Below are positions 19,844 through 28,555 of a DNA stretch of 64,000 nucleotides, in pieces. Each line of letters starts with the position of its first letter. Position 1 is the stretch's first letter. The position numbers and the translations under genes are program-made. Location: positions 4,992,001 to 5,056,000 of the forward strand of contig OY970192.1 of assembly GCA_963708135.1 (NCBI GenBank). The letters are read 5' to 3'. The notes under the pieces were generated by a model. The model was not told the origin of the DNA. It was given only the letters and a program-made list of their open reading frames with translations, and did not search any database. This DNA is from an uncultured Gemmatimonadales bacterium (lineage in GTDB: Bacteria > Gemmatimonadota > Gemmatimonadetes > Longimicrobiales > RSA9).

Positions 19844-20494
19844 ATGCCGAAGCCGACGCAGAAGGAGATCGCCCGCGCGCTGCTCGAGCGCCATGGCAGG
19901 ACGTTCGCCGCGGAGCTCGGCATCCGCATCGAGCGGACCACCCCCTCGCCCCTGTTCCGCCTGCTCTGCGCCGCGCTCCTCTTCAGCGCGCGCATCGGCG
20001 CCGATCTGGCCCTCGCGGCCGCGCGGGCGCTGGCCGATGCCGGGTGGACCACGCCGCGCAAGATGGCGGATGCCACCTGGGCGAGGCGCACGAAGGTGCT
20101 CAACCGGGCCGGCTACGCGCGCTATGACGAGAGCACGTCGCGCATGCTCGAGGACACGTCCGAGCTGCTGCTCGAGAAGTACCGCGGCGACCTGCGGAAG
20201 CTGCGCGAGGCCGCCGCGCGCGACCCCGTCGAGGAGGCCCGGCTGCTCCAGGAGTTCAAGGGCATCGGCCCCGTGGGCGCGGCCATCTTCCTCAGGGAGG
20301 TGCAGGGCGCCTGGGACGAGGTCTACCCGTTCGTGGACGACCCTGCCCGCGACGGCGCCCGGGCGCTGGGCCTGCCCACCGACGCCGCGTCGCTGGCGAA
20401 GCTGGTCTCCCGCGCCGACTTTCCCCGCCTCGTGGCCGCCCTCGTGCGCACCCGCCTGGCCGGCGACGCCGATGAGGTGCTCGCCGCCGCCTGA
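19844..20494 (+). CDS. HhH-motif endonuclease/glycosylase-like hypothetical protein
   Basis: End of ORF 16490..20494 from MPKPTQKEIA; LFSARIGA, GYARYDE, FKGIGPVGAAIFLREVQ helix-hairpin-helix; GGAGGAG RBS. Confidence 0.75.
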   Translation: MPKPTQKEIARALLERHGRTFAAELGIRIERTTPSPLFRLLCAALLFSARIGADLALAAARALADAGWTTPRKMADATWARRTKVLNRAGYARYDESTSRMLEDTSELLLEKYRGDLRKLREAAARDPVEEARLLQEFKGIGPVGAAIFLREVQGAWDEVYPFVDDPARDGARALGLPTDAASLAKLVSRADFPRLVAALVRTRLAGDADEVLAAA

Positions 20495-20524
20495 GCCACC
20501 GCGCGTGAGGCTGAATGCGTCCTG

Positions 20525-20810
20525 TCCGCGCCGGATCGTCGCGCGCCGTCCGCGCCGCATCGGCCCGCGAGGGGAGGAAAGTCCCCACGCGTCGGCCCTT
20601 GAATCGACGATTGGGGACTTGACTGCGAATAGCGCGGCAAAGTCCCCAATCGTTCCCATGGTCCTGCGGCCCGTGGGGAGTTGACAACGAATAGCGCGGT
20701 CAACTCCCCAACCGTCGCCGAGCCGGGGCACGCGTGGGGAGTTCACGGCGGCCGGCGCACGCAGCGGCCGGGGCCCTGGCCGGCGCGACGCCGAACGGAT
20801 CCGCGACCCG
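20525..20810. repeat. Dispersed multi-palindrome intergenic element, copy 1
   Basis: Two 37-bp units TGGGGASTTGAC-N13-GKCAASTCCCCA at 20612 and 20674 plus flanking half units; homologous to 52122-52405. Confidence 0.8.
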
Positions 20811-20874
20811 GGGTGGGCGGGGCCGCGTGGGCCTGAATCCCGCCGCCGCGCGCGTGCTCCCACCCCGCAATCGC

Positions 20875-21927
20875 CTAGTCGTCCTGGTCAGCCGTGACGC
20901 CTTCGACGAGCGGAATCACCTCCTGCGCGAAGCGCTGCATCTCCTCCAGCTGTGGCGAGAACTGGAGGAGCAGCAGGTCGAGGCCGGCGTCCTCGAACGC
21001 GCGGATCCGCTCGGCGATCTGCTCGGGCGTGCCCACGAGCCCGCTGCGGAGCCCGCGGTTGGAGACCGAGTAGTCCTGGAGCGAGATGCGCTGCTCGAGC
21101 TTGGTGTTGCCGATCCAGTCCTGGTAGTTGGCGTAGCCGCGCGAGCTCTGGCGCACGTCGGTGATGCGCTCGACCTCGCGCGCGGCCTCCGCCTCCGTCG
21201 CCCGGCAGACCACGAAGCCGGCCGCGCCGAACGTGAGCGGCGCGAGGCCCTCGTGCACTGCCCGCCGCGCCCGCATGTCGGCGACCTTCGCCGCGATGCG
21301 CTCGGGCGGATCGCCGTGCATGACGTAGGCGTCGCAGGCCCGGGCGATGAGGGACTTGCCCGCTTCCGACTCGCCGCCGGCGTAGATGGTCGGGCGAGGT
21401 CGCCGCACCGGCTTCGGCTCGAGCGCCGTGTCCTCGACCGTATAGTACTTCCCCTCGTAGGAGAAGCGCGGCTGCTTCCACACGCCATCGACCACGTCGA
21501 GCCACTCGGCGGTGCGCGCGTAGCGATCGTCGTGCGGATCGAACTGTACGCCGTACTTGCGGGCCTCCGTTGCCCACCAGGCGGAGACGACGTTGAGCGC
21601 CAGCCGGCCGCCCGAGATGTGGTCGATGCAGGCCGCCTGCTTGGCGAGCAGCGCGGGCTGATGGAACGTGGGCCTCACGGCGACCATGAGCTCGAGCCGC
21701 TCCGTGACCGCCGCCAGCGCCGCGGCGGTCGTCCACGCGTCCAGCGAGGGCGCGTCCTCGCCCTTGATGTCGTTCAGGTTGAGCTCGGCGATGAGGGTCA
21801 GGTCGAAGCCGATCTGCTCGCTCGTACGGGCGAGGCGGGCGACGTAGTCCCACGTCGCCTGCATCCGCTCGTCCTCGACGTTCCGCAGCCAGCCGCCGAA
21901 TACCGGGAGCCAGTAGCCGTATCGCAT
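20875..21927 (-). CDS. Luciferase-like (LLM) flavin-dependent monooxygenase, SsuD/SfnG-like
   Basis: MRYGYWLPVFGG, GFDLTLIAE, LELMVAVRP, DHISGGRLALNVVSAW, IYAGGESE, GLVGTPEQIAERI. Confidence 0.9.
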   Translation of the reverse strand: MRYGYWLPVFGGWLRNVEDERMQATWDYVARLARTSEQIGFDLTLIAELNLNDIKGEDAPSLDAWTTAAALAAVTERLELMVAVRPTFHQPALLAKQAACIDHISGGRLALNVVSAWWATEARKYGVQFDPHDDRYARTAEWLDVVDGVWKQPRFSYEGKYYTVEDTALEPKPVRRPRPTIYAGGESEAGKSLIARACDAYVMHGDPPERIAAKVADMRARRAVHEGLAPLTFGAAGFVVCRATEAEAAREVERITDVRQSSRGYANYQDWIGNTKLEQRISLQDYSVSNRGLRSGLVGTPEQIAERIRAFEDAGLDLLLLQFSPQLEEMQRFAQEVIPLVEGVTADQDD

Positions 21928-22889
21928 CACGCCGCCTCCCGCTCGAGCCAGTCCACGAGCCGCGCGAACGGGTCGAAGCCGACGACGCGCGGCGCGTCCG
22001 CCACGAAGTTCGAGAGCGCGTTCACGTCGTAGTAGACGAGCCGGTCGTCGCGCGCATCGACCATGTACTCGACGCCGCCGATCTCGATGCCCGCCGCGTC
22101 CATGATCCGCTCGACCGCGGCCACGACCTCGGGCGGCGGCTCGTAGCCCTCGACGCGCAGCCCGTTCTTCGGCGCATCGACCGCGCAGGCGGCGCGGGCG
22201 AGCTCCGCGCCGCCCACGGTCTGGCAGACGTCCGCGGGGCAGAGGTTGAAGGAGTCGCCGTCGGTGTAGATGCGGATGGCATAGAGGTAGCGCCCGCCCA
22301 GCACCTCGACACGCACGATGCGGCCGTCCTTCGCCGGGACGTACTCCTGCACGAGCGCGGTCGAGTCGATGCCCAGGTCGATCGCCCCCGCGGCGGCCGC
22401 CGCGGCGAGCTGCGCGGGCGTGTCGAAGCGCACGATGCCCGCGCCGCTGCCGCCGATGTTCGGCTTGACGACCACGGGGAAGCGCAGTCCCTCGGCCGCC
22501 GCGGTCGCGCGGCGGGGATCGCTGATCACTCTCGCCTTCGGGAAGGGCAGCCCCAGCTCCGCCAGCAGGTCGAGCTGGCGCGCCTTCGACAGCTCCGTCG
22601 TGAACGCGCGGTGGCCGTTCACCACCCGCACGCCGTGCCGCTCCAGGTGCGCCAGGTAGTGCAGCGTGTAGAAGATCGCCCGGCCGCGGCCGCGCAGATA
22701 CGCGGACGGGCTCATGCGGTTGAACACCAGCGCGTACGGCGGCGGCCCGTCGGACGGCTCGAAGAGGTGCTCGTCCGTGTGCAGCCGGACGTGCGGAATG
22801 CCCCGCCGCTCCAGCTCCGCGAAGAGCGGCTTGAACCAGTCCGGGTGCTCGTAGTAGACCGCCAGCGGGCGGCTCTCGGTGATCGGCAT
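21927..22889 (-). CDS. ATP-grasp ligase (RimK/glutathione-synthase-like)
   Basis: FPVVVKPNIGGSGAGI, VQEY, GGVEY, YYDVNALSNF; AGGAG RBS; stop overlaps the LLM start. Confidence 0.85.
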   Translation of the reverse strand: MPITESRPLAVYYEHPDWFKPLFAELERRGIPHVRLHTDEHLFEPSDGPPPYALVFNRMSPSAYLRGRGRAIFYTLHYLAHLERHGVRVVNGHRAFTTELSKARQLDLLAELGLPFPKARVISDPRRATAAAEGLRFPVVVKPNIGGSGAGIVRFDTPAQLAAAAAAGAIDLGIDSTALVQEYVPAKDGRIVRVEVLGGRYLYAIRIYTDGDSFNLCPADVCQTVGGAELARAACAVDAPKNGLRVEGYEPPPEVVAAVERIMDAAGIEIGGVEYMVDARDDRLVYYDVNALSNFVADAPRVVGFDPFARLVDWLEREAA

Positions 22890-22946
22890 GGGCTCCTGGG
22901 GGCTCGGGTTCGGGACTCGGGACTCGGGATTCGGGACTCGGACACG

Positions 22947-22984
22947 AAAAAAAACCCGGCCCTCTCGCGGGGAGAGGGCCGGGT
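22947..22984 (-). terminator. Rho-independent terminator in the 5' leader of the ATP-grasp/LLM operon (attenuator)
   Basis: Minus strand ACCCGGCCCTCTC-CCCGC-GAGAGGGCCGGGT with an 8-U tail, ~60 nt upstream of the ATP-grasp start. Confidence 0.9.
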
Positions 22985-23006
22985 CGGTCCGCCGAGCTTC
23001 GCTCGG

Positions 23007-23120
23007 CTAGCGCATGCCACCCGCACGCGCGCCGCCCGTCTCTCCCACGGGAGAGCCGCGCATGCACATGCAACACGCGCACATGGGCAGGGCGTTCGGC
23101 GTTCGGTGGCTTCCGTTCAT
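23007..23120 (-). CDS. Putative Cys/Met-sensing leader peptide, 37 aa (MNGSHRTPNALPMCACCMCMRGSPVGETGGARAGGMR)
   Basis: 7 of 8 consecutive codons (23061-23084) are Cys/Met; stop lies ~22 nt before the terminator stem; the ORF overlaps the alternative pairing segments. Confidence 0.75.
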   Translation of the reverse strand: MNGSHRTPNALPMCACCMCMRGSPVGETGGARAGGMR

Positions 23121-23160
23121 GATCGCTCGGGTTCGATGGACACCACGGGCACGGCCGACC

Positions 23161-23189
23161 ATTCTCGCGAATCCTGGTCGCCGGCGCAA
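23161..23189 (-). promoter_or_regulatory. Sigma70-like promoter for the leader transcript
   Basis: Minus strand TTGCGC-17 nt-GAGAAT, 40 nt upstream of the leader ATG. Confidence 0.6.
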
Positions 23190-23221
23190 GGTTCCGCGAG
23201 GCGACGTCGCCTCGTGGCCGT

Positions 23222-24877
23222 CTACTTCTCGAGTGTTCCGACCGCGCCACCGCCCGCGACGGGGGGGGCGCTCCGGGGCACCGCGCGCATTGCGGCGCTC
23301 GTCGTGGTCGCGTTCTGCTGCGTGGTCAACGCGCCGAGCGTGCCGTCGTTCGCGAGGTTGAAGACCACCGACGCGAAGGCCCTGGACACGGTCTCGAGCA
23401 CGTCTGGATCGTTGTCGTCGAGGTTGTCGCACCACAGGAAGGGCCGATCCACGCACCCGCCATCGGTGCTCGGGATGTTGCCCTCGTAGTTGCCCGTGGA
23501 GCCGCCGAACAGGTCGACATCCGCTTGCGGCTTGCAGCAGTCCTGCCCGGTCAGGATGCCGGTGTTGGGCACGCCGACGAGGCCGAAGGAATAGGAGTCG
23601 GTGCCGATGCTGCTCCGGTACTCGAAGGGCAGCCCCATCCGGGTGAAGTAGCTCGCGAAGTAGTCGTTGCCGACCTTCGACCCCGGAATCACGTTGGGCG
23701 GGAACTTGGTCTGGGAGTTTGCGGGATCCGCAATGGCGTACACGTAGTTCGGCGTCGCGGTGACGTCGGCATCGACATCGAAGGCGATCCTGGCGAGCTC
23801 GTCCGCCGGGAGGTGCCTCGTGTAGTATACGGATCCGAACAATCCCAGCTCCTCGCCGCCGAACCAGATGTAGCGCAGCTGATTGCGGGTCCTCGTGTTC
23901 GCCATCCTGAGCGCGATCTCGAGGATCGTGGCCGACCCGGAGGCGTTGTCGAGCATCCCCGCCCCGTAGATGGCGTCGAGGTGCGCATCGACCACGACCA
24001 CGTGACTCGAATCGCCGTACGGCGAGTCGGCGATCAGGTTGTAGTCCTCCCGATTGGGATCGATGATCGACTTGACCTCCAGGTGTACCGTGACCGGGCC
24101 CGATTTCGCCTGTGAATCGAGGCTGTCCCCAACGGCGTAGGAGGCCAGGCAGACGACGGGTACGCCGTGATCCTGGAGTCCACACCAGGTGCCTGCCGCG
24201 GTGCGCCCGGTCTGGCCCTCGTTGAAGATGATCACGCCGGATGCCTTCGCCGCGACCGCCAGCGTCACCTTCTGATCGAAGGTGCAGGTCCCCCGCTGTA
24301 CGAGGGCGATGTTGCCCGGCGGGAAACCCGTGAAATCCGACGCGCTGCACCCGCTGGCCGAGCTCGGGCTCGCCGTCGCGGGTATGACAATGCCCCCGGC
24401 CGGCGTGATCGCGGCCGTCACATCGCCATCGCCGGAGCCGGCCTGCACGGCGAAATCCGACGGCAGCCTGAAGTCCCGTGCAGTCGGCGAGACCTCGGCG
24501 AAGGCCGGCGTGCCGTCCAGCGCCGTGTACGGGAAGGTGTAGCTCTGGATCGTCACCCTGTAGCCGGCGTCGCGCATCAGGCCGGCGACGTAGTTGACGG
24601 ACGCCAGGTACCCCGGCTCGCCGGAATTGCGCGAGGCGTGCCCGTCGGGGCCGGGGTTGGCATCCGCGATCTGCTGGAACGTCACCATGTGCGCCCAGAG
24701 CTCGTCCTTGTTGATGGATGCGAGGAGCCTGGACTCCGCGCTGTCGCGAGCGGCGCTCGTGGTGTCCACGACCGTGGTGTCGCCGCCCGGGGGCTGCGCC
24801 GTGTCCGTAATCGTGGGCGCGCGGTCGCAGCCGACGAGAGCGAGCACCGCCACGGCGGTCAGGAATCTATTCGACAT
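23222..24877 (-). CDS. M28-family aminopeptidase with PA domain, probable lipoprotein
   Basis: LALVGC lipobox; IALVQRGTCTFDQK (PA domain); DAHLD, DNASGS, GGEELGLFGS. Confidence 0.9.
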   Translation of the reverse strand: MSNRFLTAVAVLALVGCDRAPTITDTAQPPGGDTTVVDTTSAARDSAESRLLASINKDELWAHMVTFQQIADANPGPDGHASRNSGEPGYLASVNYVAGLMRDAGYRVTIQSYTFPYTALDGTPAFAEVSPTARDFRLPSDFAVQAGSGDGDVTAAITPAGGIVIPATASPSSASGCSASDFTGFPPGNIALVQRGTCTFDQKVTLAVAAKASGVIIFNEGQTGRTAAGTWCGLQDHGVPVVCLASYAVGDSLDSQAKSGPVTVHLEVKSIIDPNREDYNLIADSPYGDSSHVVVVDAHLDAIYGAGMLDNASGSATILEIALRMANTRTRNQLRYIWFGGEELGLFGSVYYTRHLPADELARIAFDVDADVTATPNYVYAIADPANSQTKFPPNVIPGSKVGNDYFASYFTRMGLPFEYRSSIGTDSYSFGLVGVPNTGILTGQDCCKPQADVDLFGGSTGNYEGNIPSTDGGCVDRPFLWCDNLDDNDPDVLETVSRAFASVVFNLANDGTLGALTTQQNATTTSAAMRAVPRSAPPVAGGGAVGTLEK

Positions 24878-25030
24878 GAAGCTCACTTGAAGAGGATCGA
24901 CGACCGCACGCCTGTCCCGTGGAGTGGGCGCCCCGAGGACGCTTGAATCTACGGCCGGGGTGGGCACATTGTTCCGCACGCGGCCCGTCCGCCGCGGCGC
25001 TGGGGATGGAGTAGCGAAGCGGCGCCGTGT

Positions 25031-26473
25031 TCAGCCGAGCGAGGCTTCGCACGCGCGCGCGAGTGCCCGGACGAACCCCGCGCTGTGATCCGTGCCCATC
25101 CGCGTGGCCGTGCCCGAGTCCGAGGACCCCGATCCCGACGCCGCGCCCCCCGAGCCCCGACCCCCGAGTCCCGCATCCCGCTCCGCAGCCAGGAACGGAT
25201 CCATCACCGTGGACCGGAGCACCACCAGCCCCTCCGGCCCGCTGGCCTTCCACTCCTCGGGCGTGCACACGCCGAGCCGCTCGAGCACCGGGTCCACCGC
25301 GCCGTCGTACATCGGCGTCTGGAACCGGGTGCGGGTGATGATGTAGTCGGGCGCCGCGCCCGGCCGGCCGAGCGACATCTGCGCGTAGATCCGCTCGTTG
25401 AGCCCGTTCAGCTCCTCGAGCGAGTTGAGCGAGGGGTGCGCCACCACCCAGCAGACGATGTTGATGTCGGGCTCGGGCAGCAGCACGAGGTGGAACTCGC
25501 CGAGATCCTCGTCCGCCAGCGCGCCGTAGAGCAGTCGCGCCCCGGGGTCGATGGCCACGAGCTGGCGCGCGCGCCGCTCCTTCAGCAGGAACGCGCCGGC
25601 CGGGTAGGGGATGTAGCCGAGCTTGTGCGGGTCGATCGTCACGCTGTCCGCCTCGCCCAGCGCCGCCACGCCGGCCACCCACTCGTCGCTCGGCCAGTCG
25701 GTGCCCATCTCGGCGCGGATCTCTTCCGCAGGGCGACGTCGCCCTTCCGCGTTACGCGTGACCGCCGCCGCGTAGCCGCCGTACGCCGCGTCCGAGTGGA
25801 TATGGTAGCTGACGCCGAGCTCGCGCTCCGCGCGGCGGCGCACCTCGAGCACGAGGTCGAGCCGGTCCACGGCGCTCTCCTCCGTCGTGCCGCACACGCT
25901 CACGCACGCCTGGATCGGCACGCGCCGCTCCGTCAGGCGGAGCACCGTCCGCCACAGAGCGTCCGGGTCCATGCGGTAGCGCACGTCCACGGGGACGTAG
26001 ACGAGCTGGTTCGAGCCGATGCCGAGGGCGCGCACGATCTTCTCCCAGGAGTAGTGCGCGGTGGCGGCGACGAGCACGACGCCCGCGGGCAGCGGGTCCC
26101 CGAAGGCGGCGGTGAGACGTCGCATGTACTCCTGGTAGCCGAGGGCGTTCAGCGAGTGCTCGTGCAGGGCGCGCTTCACGTCGGCCGGCGGCGCGGAGGC
26201 CCACAGCGCGCCCCACAGGTCGAGCGTGGCCGCGTTGGAGATGTTGAGCAGCTCCCAGAGCCCGAGCCGGTCCAGCCGTTCGCGGCCGCCGCCCGGCACG
26301 TCCACCTCGAGCGTGACGCCGAGTGCCTGCGCCGCGCCGGAGGCGGCTACCGGCAGGTAGGCGAGGTTGCGCGCGATCCAGAGCGCCTCGAGGTGACGGG
26401 CGAGGCCTCGATGGCCACGTTGCGGTCCCAGGAACCACGCGTAGAGCGCCTCGCGGGTGTCGTCCGTCGTCAT
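25031..26473 (-). pseudogene. Group II PLP-dependent (tyrosine-decarboxylase-like) decarboxylase with internal deletions
   Basis: HYSWEK, GTTEESAVD, HSDAAYGGY, DSVTIDPHKLGY (PLP Lys) are present; an out-of-frame NVAIEASPVT remnant near 26395-26425 and the missing EGS..G segment indicate lost blocks. Confidence 0.7.
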
Positions 26474-26648
26474 GGCCGTCCGTCCTCTCGCGGCATCGGG
26501 TTGCTCGCCGGAATGTCGGCGGGGCGGCGGAAGCCAGCAAGGCGACGTCGCCGCATGGCGGGGACCGGCGCGGCCCGGTTATCTTCGGTGCGGAGTCATC
26601 GCCCGAGGAAGCCGACCGCGAAGCGCGCTTCCCAGCCGAGGAGCCCCC

Positions 26649-27233
26649 ATGGCGACGCCGCCGCCGACACCGCCCGCCCTCCCGTCCGAGTCCGACGGCC
26701 CCCGTCCGATCGCCGTGCTTCACGGCTTCGTGCTGCTGCTCTTCTGGACGCAGGCGCTATGGCTGTGGGCACGGCTGCCGGCGCGGATCCCCGTCCACTT
26801 CGGCGGGGACGGGCTGCCGGACCGGTGGCTCCACGCGACGCCGCTGGCGTGGCTCGCCCTGCCGCTGACGGGGACGGCCCTCTCGGGGCTGGTCTGGGGC
26901 ATCGGCCGGTGGGCCGCGACGGTGCCGCGACTCTGGAACGTCCCCGAGAAGGAGCGGTTCCTCGCGCTCTCGCCGCAGGCCCGTGCCCCGATCGTCGGTA
27001 CCGTCCGCGGCTTCCTGGATGGCGTGGGCATCCTGACGATCGTCTTCTTCGACCTGATCCAGTGGTGGACCTATCGCACCGCCGTCGGCGCGGTCGCGGG
27101 GCTGCCTCGGCTGTTCTCCCTCTTCATCGGGCTCGTCGTGGTGGCCGCCGTCCTTGCCAGCGCCCTCCTCTACGTCCGCCTGCAGCGCCAGATCCTCGAA
27201 GCCTCGGCGGCCACGTGGCCGAGGCGCGCGTGA
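26649..27233 (+). CDS. DUF1648-like membrane protein
   Basis: LPARIPVHFGGDGLPDRW motif; four hydrophobic segments. Confidence 0.8.
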   Translation: MATPPPTPPALPSESDGPRPIAVLHGFVLLLFWTQALWLWARLPARIPVHFGGDGLPDRWLHATPLAWLALPLTGTALSGLVWGIGRWAATVPRLWNVPEKERFLALSPQARAPIVGTVRGFLDGVGILTIVFFDLIQWWTYRTAVGAVAGLPRLFSLFIGLVVVAAVLASALLYVRLQRQILEASAATWPRRA

Positions 27234-27298
27234 GCGTCCCGGGCGGGCTCTCCGCGCGCGCGCCGGAGCCGCTCCGGCGGCGGGGCCGGCCGAAACGG

Positions 27299-27805
27299 AT
27301 GCCCGCCCTCGTCCGGGCCGTCCTGGCGGTCGCGCTGCTCGCCGCCCTCGCCCCGACGGCCCGCGGCCAGGACGCACCCCCCGCCGGGGTGGACAGCGCG
27401 CTCCACGCCGCGCTCCAGGCGGTCCGCCCGGGCAGCGTCGTGCGCGTCGAGCTGGCCGGCGACGGCAGCCTGGCCGGGCCGCTTCTCGCCGTGTCCGCCG
27501 ACACGCTCCGCCTCGGCGGGACGGGAGCGCTGCCGCTCGACCGCCTGCGAACCGTCTGGGTGCGCGGCCGCCACACCCGCCGCGGCGCGACGATCGGCGC
27601 CATTGCCGGGGGCGCGGGCGGGCTCGCGGCGGGCGTCTTCTTCGGGGCCGTCGTGGCGGCGGTCTGCGAGTACGACTGCCCCCGCCCGGGCCACGCCATG
27701 GTCGTGGGCGGGCTGCTGGGCGGCGTCGGCGGGGCGCTCGGCGGGGGCGTGCTCGGCGCGATCATCGGGGCGGCCGTCCCGCGCTGGGAGCGGCGCTGGC
27801 CATGA
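27299..27805 (+). CDS. Exported hypothetical protein with glycine-zipper-like C-terminus
   Basis: Signal peptide MPALVRAVLAVALLAALAPTARG; GAIAGG...GGLLGGVGGALGG...W; alternative GTG start at 27230. Confidence 0.65.
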   Translation: MPALVRAVLAVALLAALAPTARGQDAPPAGVDSALHAALQAVRPGSVVRVELAGDGSLAGPLLAVSADTLRLGGTGALPLDRLRTVWVRGRHTRRGATIGAIAGGAGGLAAGVFFGAVVAAVCEYDCPRPGHAMVVGGLLGGVGGALGGGVLGAIIGAAVPRWERRWP

Positions 27806-28473
27806 GCGGGGCTCGGGGTTCGGCGGCTCGGGACTCGGAGGCCGGGAGCGGAGCGCACGGGTGGCTCTGGCGGGTCGCTGTCGCGGCGCTCGCCCTGGCG
27901 GCGCTCATCCCCGACAGGCCGGCGGCGGCCCAGCTGCCCCGCCTGCTCCAGCTCGGCGCGGTCCGGATCGGGCCGGCCTATGGCCGCTTCTCGGACGCGG
28001 ACGAAGGCGGCCTCGGCGGGAACGCCGCGTTTACCGCGGTGTTTGCGAACGGCCGCCTGTCCGTGGGCCCCGAGGTCGGCTGGTACGGGCTCGGCCGCAA
28101 CGCCCGCCAGGTCCCGGCGTTCTGTCCCGCGGGCCAGGCCGTCACCGGCCCCTGCATCGTCACGGAGAAGGTGAGCGAGAGCGCGTTCGAGCTCGGCGCC
28201 ATCGCCGTCGCGGAGCCCTGGCCGGGGCGCCCCGTGTCGCCGTACGCGCTGGGCGCGGTGGTCCTCGATTCGTGGCGCAGCAGGACGTCCGGCAATCCGG
28301 CCGGCTCCCTCGAGCTCCTCGGCTACGGGCTCGGTGCCGGCCTCCGCATCGGCCCCGAGCCCGGCCCGGCCGCCCTCCTGGAGGCGCGCTGGCACGGCCG
28401 CGCGTCGAACGCCGCCGACACGAACCTCGCCGGCTTCTTCACGCTGGGAGTGAGCCTGCGCTACGGGTGGTGA
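27802..28473 (+). CDS. Exported hypothetical protein, possible small outer-membrane beta-barrel
   Basis: ATGA overlap with the upstream gene, signal-like hydrophobic stretch, alternating beta strands, ends ...TLGVSLRYGW. Confidence 0.6.
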   Translation: MSGARGSAARDSEAGSGAHGWLWRVAVAALALAALIPDRPAAAQLPRLLQLGAVRIGPAYGRFSDADEGGLGGNAAFTAVFANGRLSVGPEVGWYGLGRNARQVPAFCPAGQAVTGPCIVTEKVSESAFELGAIAVAEPWPGRPVSPYALGAVVLDSWRSRTSGNPAGSLELLGYGLGAGLRIGPEPGPAALLEARWHGRASNAADTNLAGFFTLGVSLRYGW

Positions 28474-28555
28474 GGCCATCCGGCCCGCCCTTGACAGCCG
28501 CCCGCCCACCCGCGGAATTGACCGGACCCGACGACACGCCATCCGCGAGGCCGCC

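Noticed and set aside
20292..20687. Similar short ORFs (MSTPHG...RAIRSQVP) in both copies of the palindromic element
   Set aside because: Similarity is confined to the palindromic arms and differences are not synonymous-biased; a by-product of the DNA repeat
20578..20745. CRISPR mini-array interpretation of the 37-bp units with 24-25 bp spacers
   Set aside because: Only two full units per locus, spacers are homologous between the two loci, arms pair across units, and there are no cas genes in the window
23007..23120. Leader peptide as a RiPP precursor for the ATP-grasp enzyme
   Set aside because: Lacks the Asp/Glu plus Ser/Thr/Lys core repeats of graspetides; the terminator/antiterminator geometry explains it better. 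Not strictly excluded
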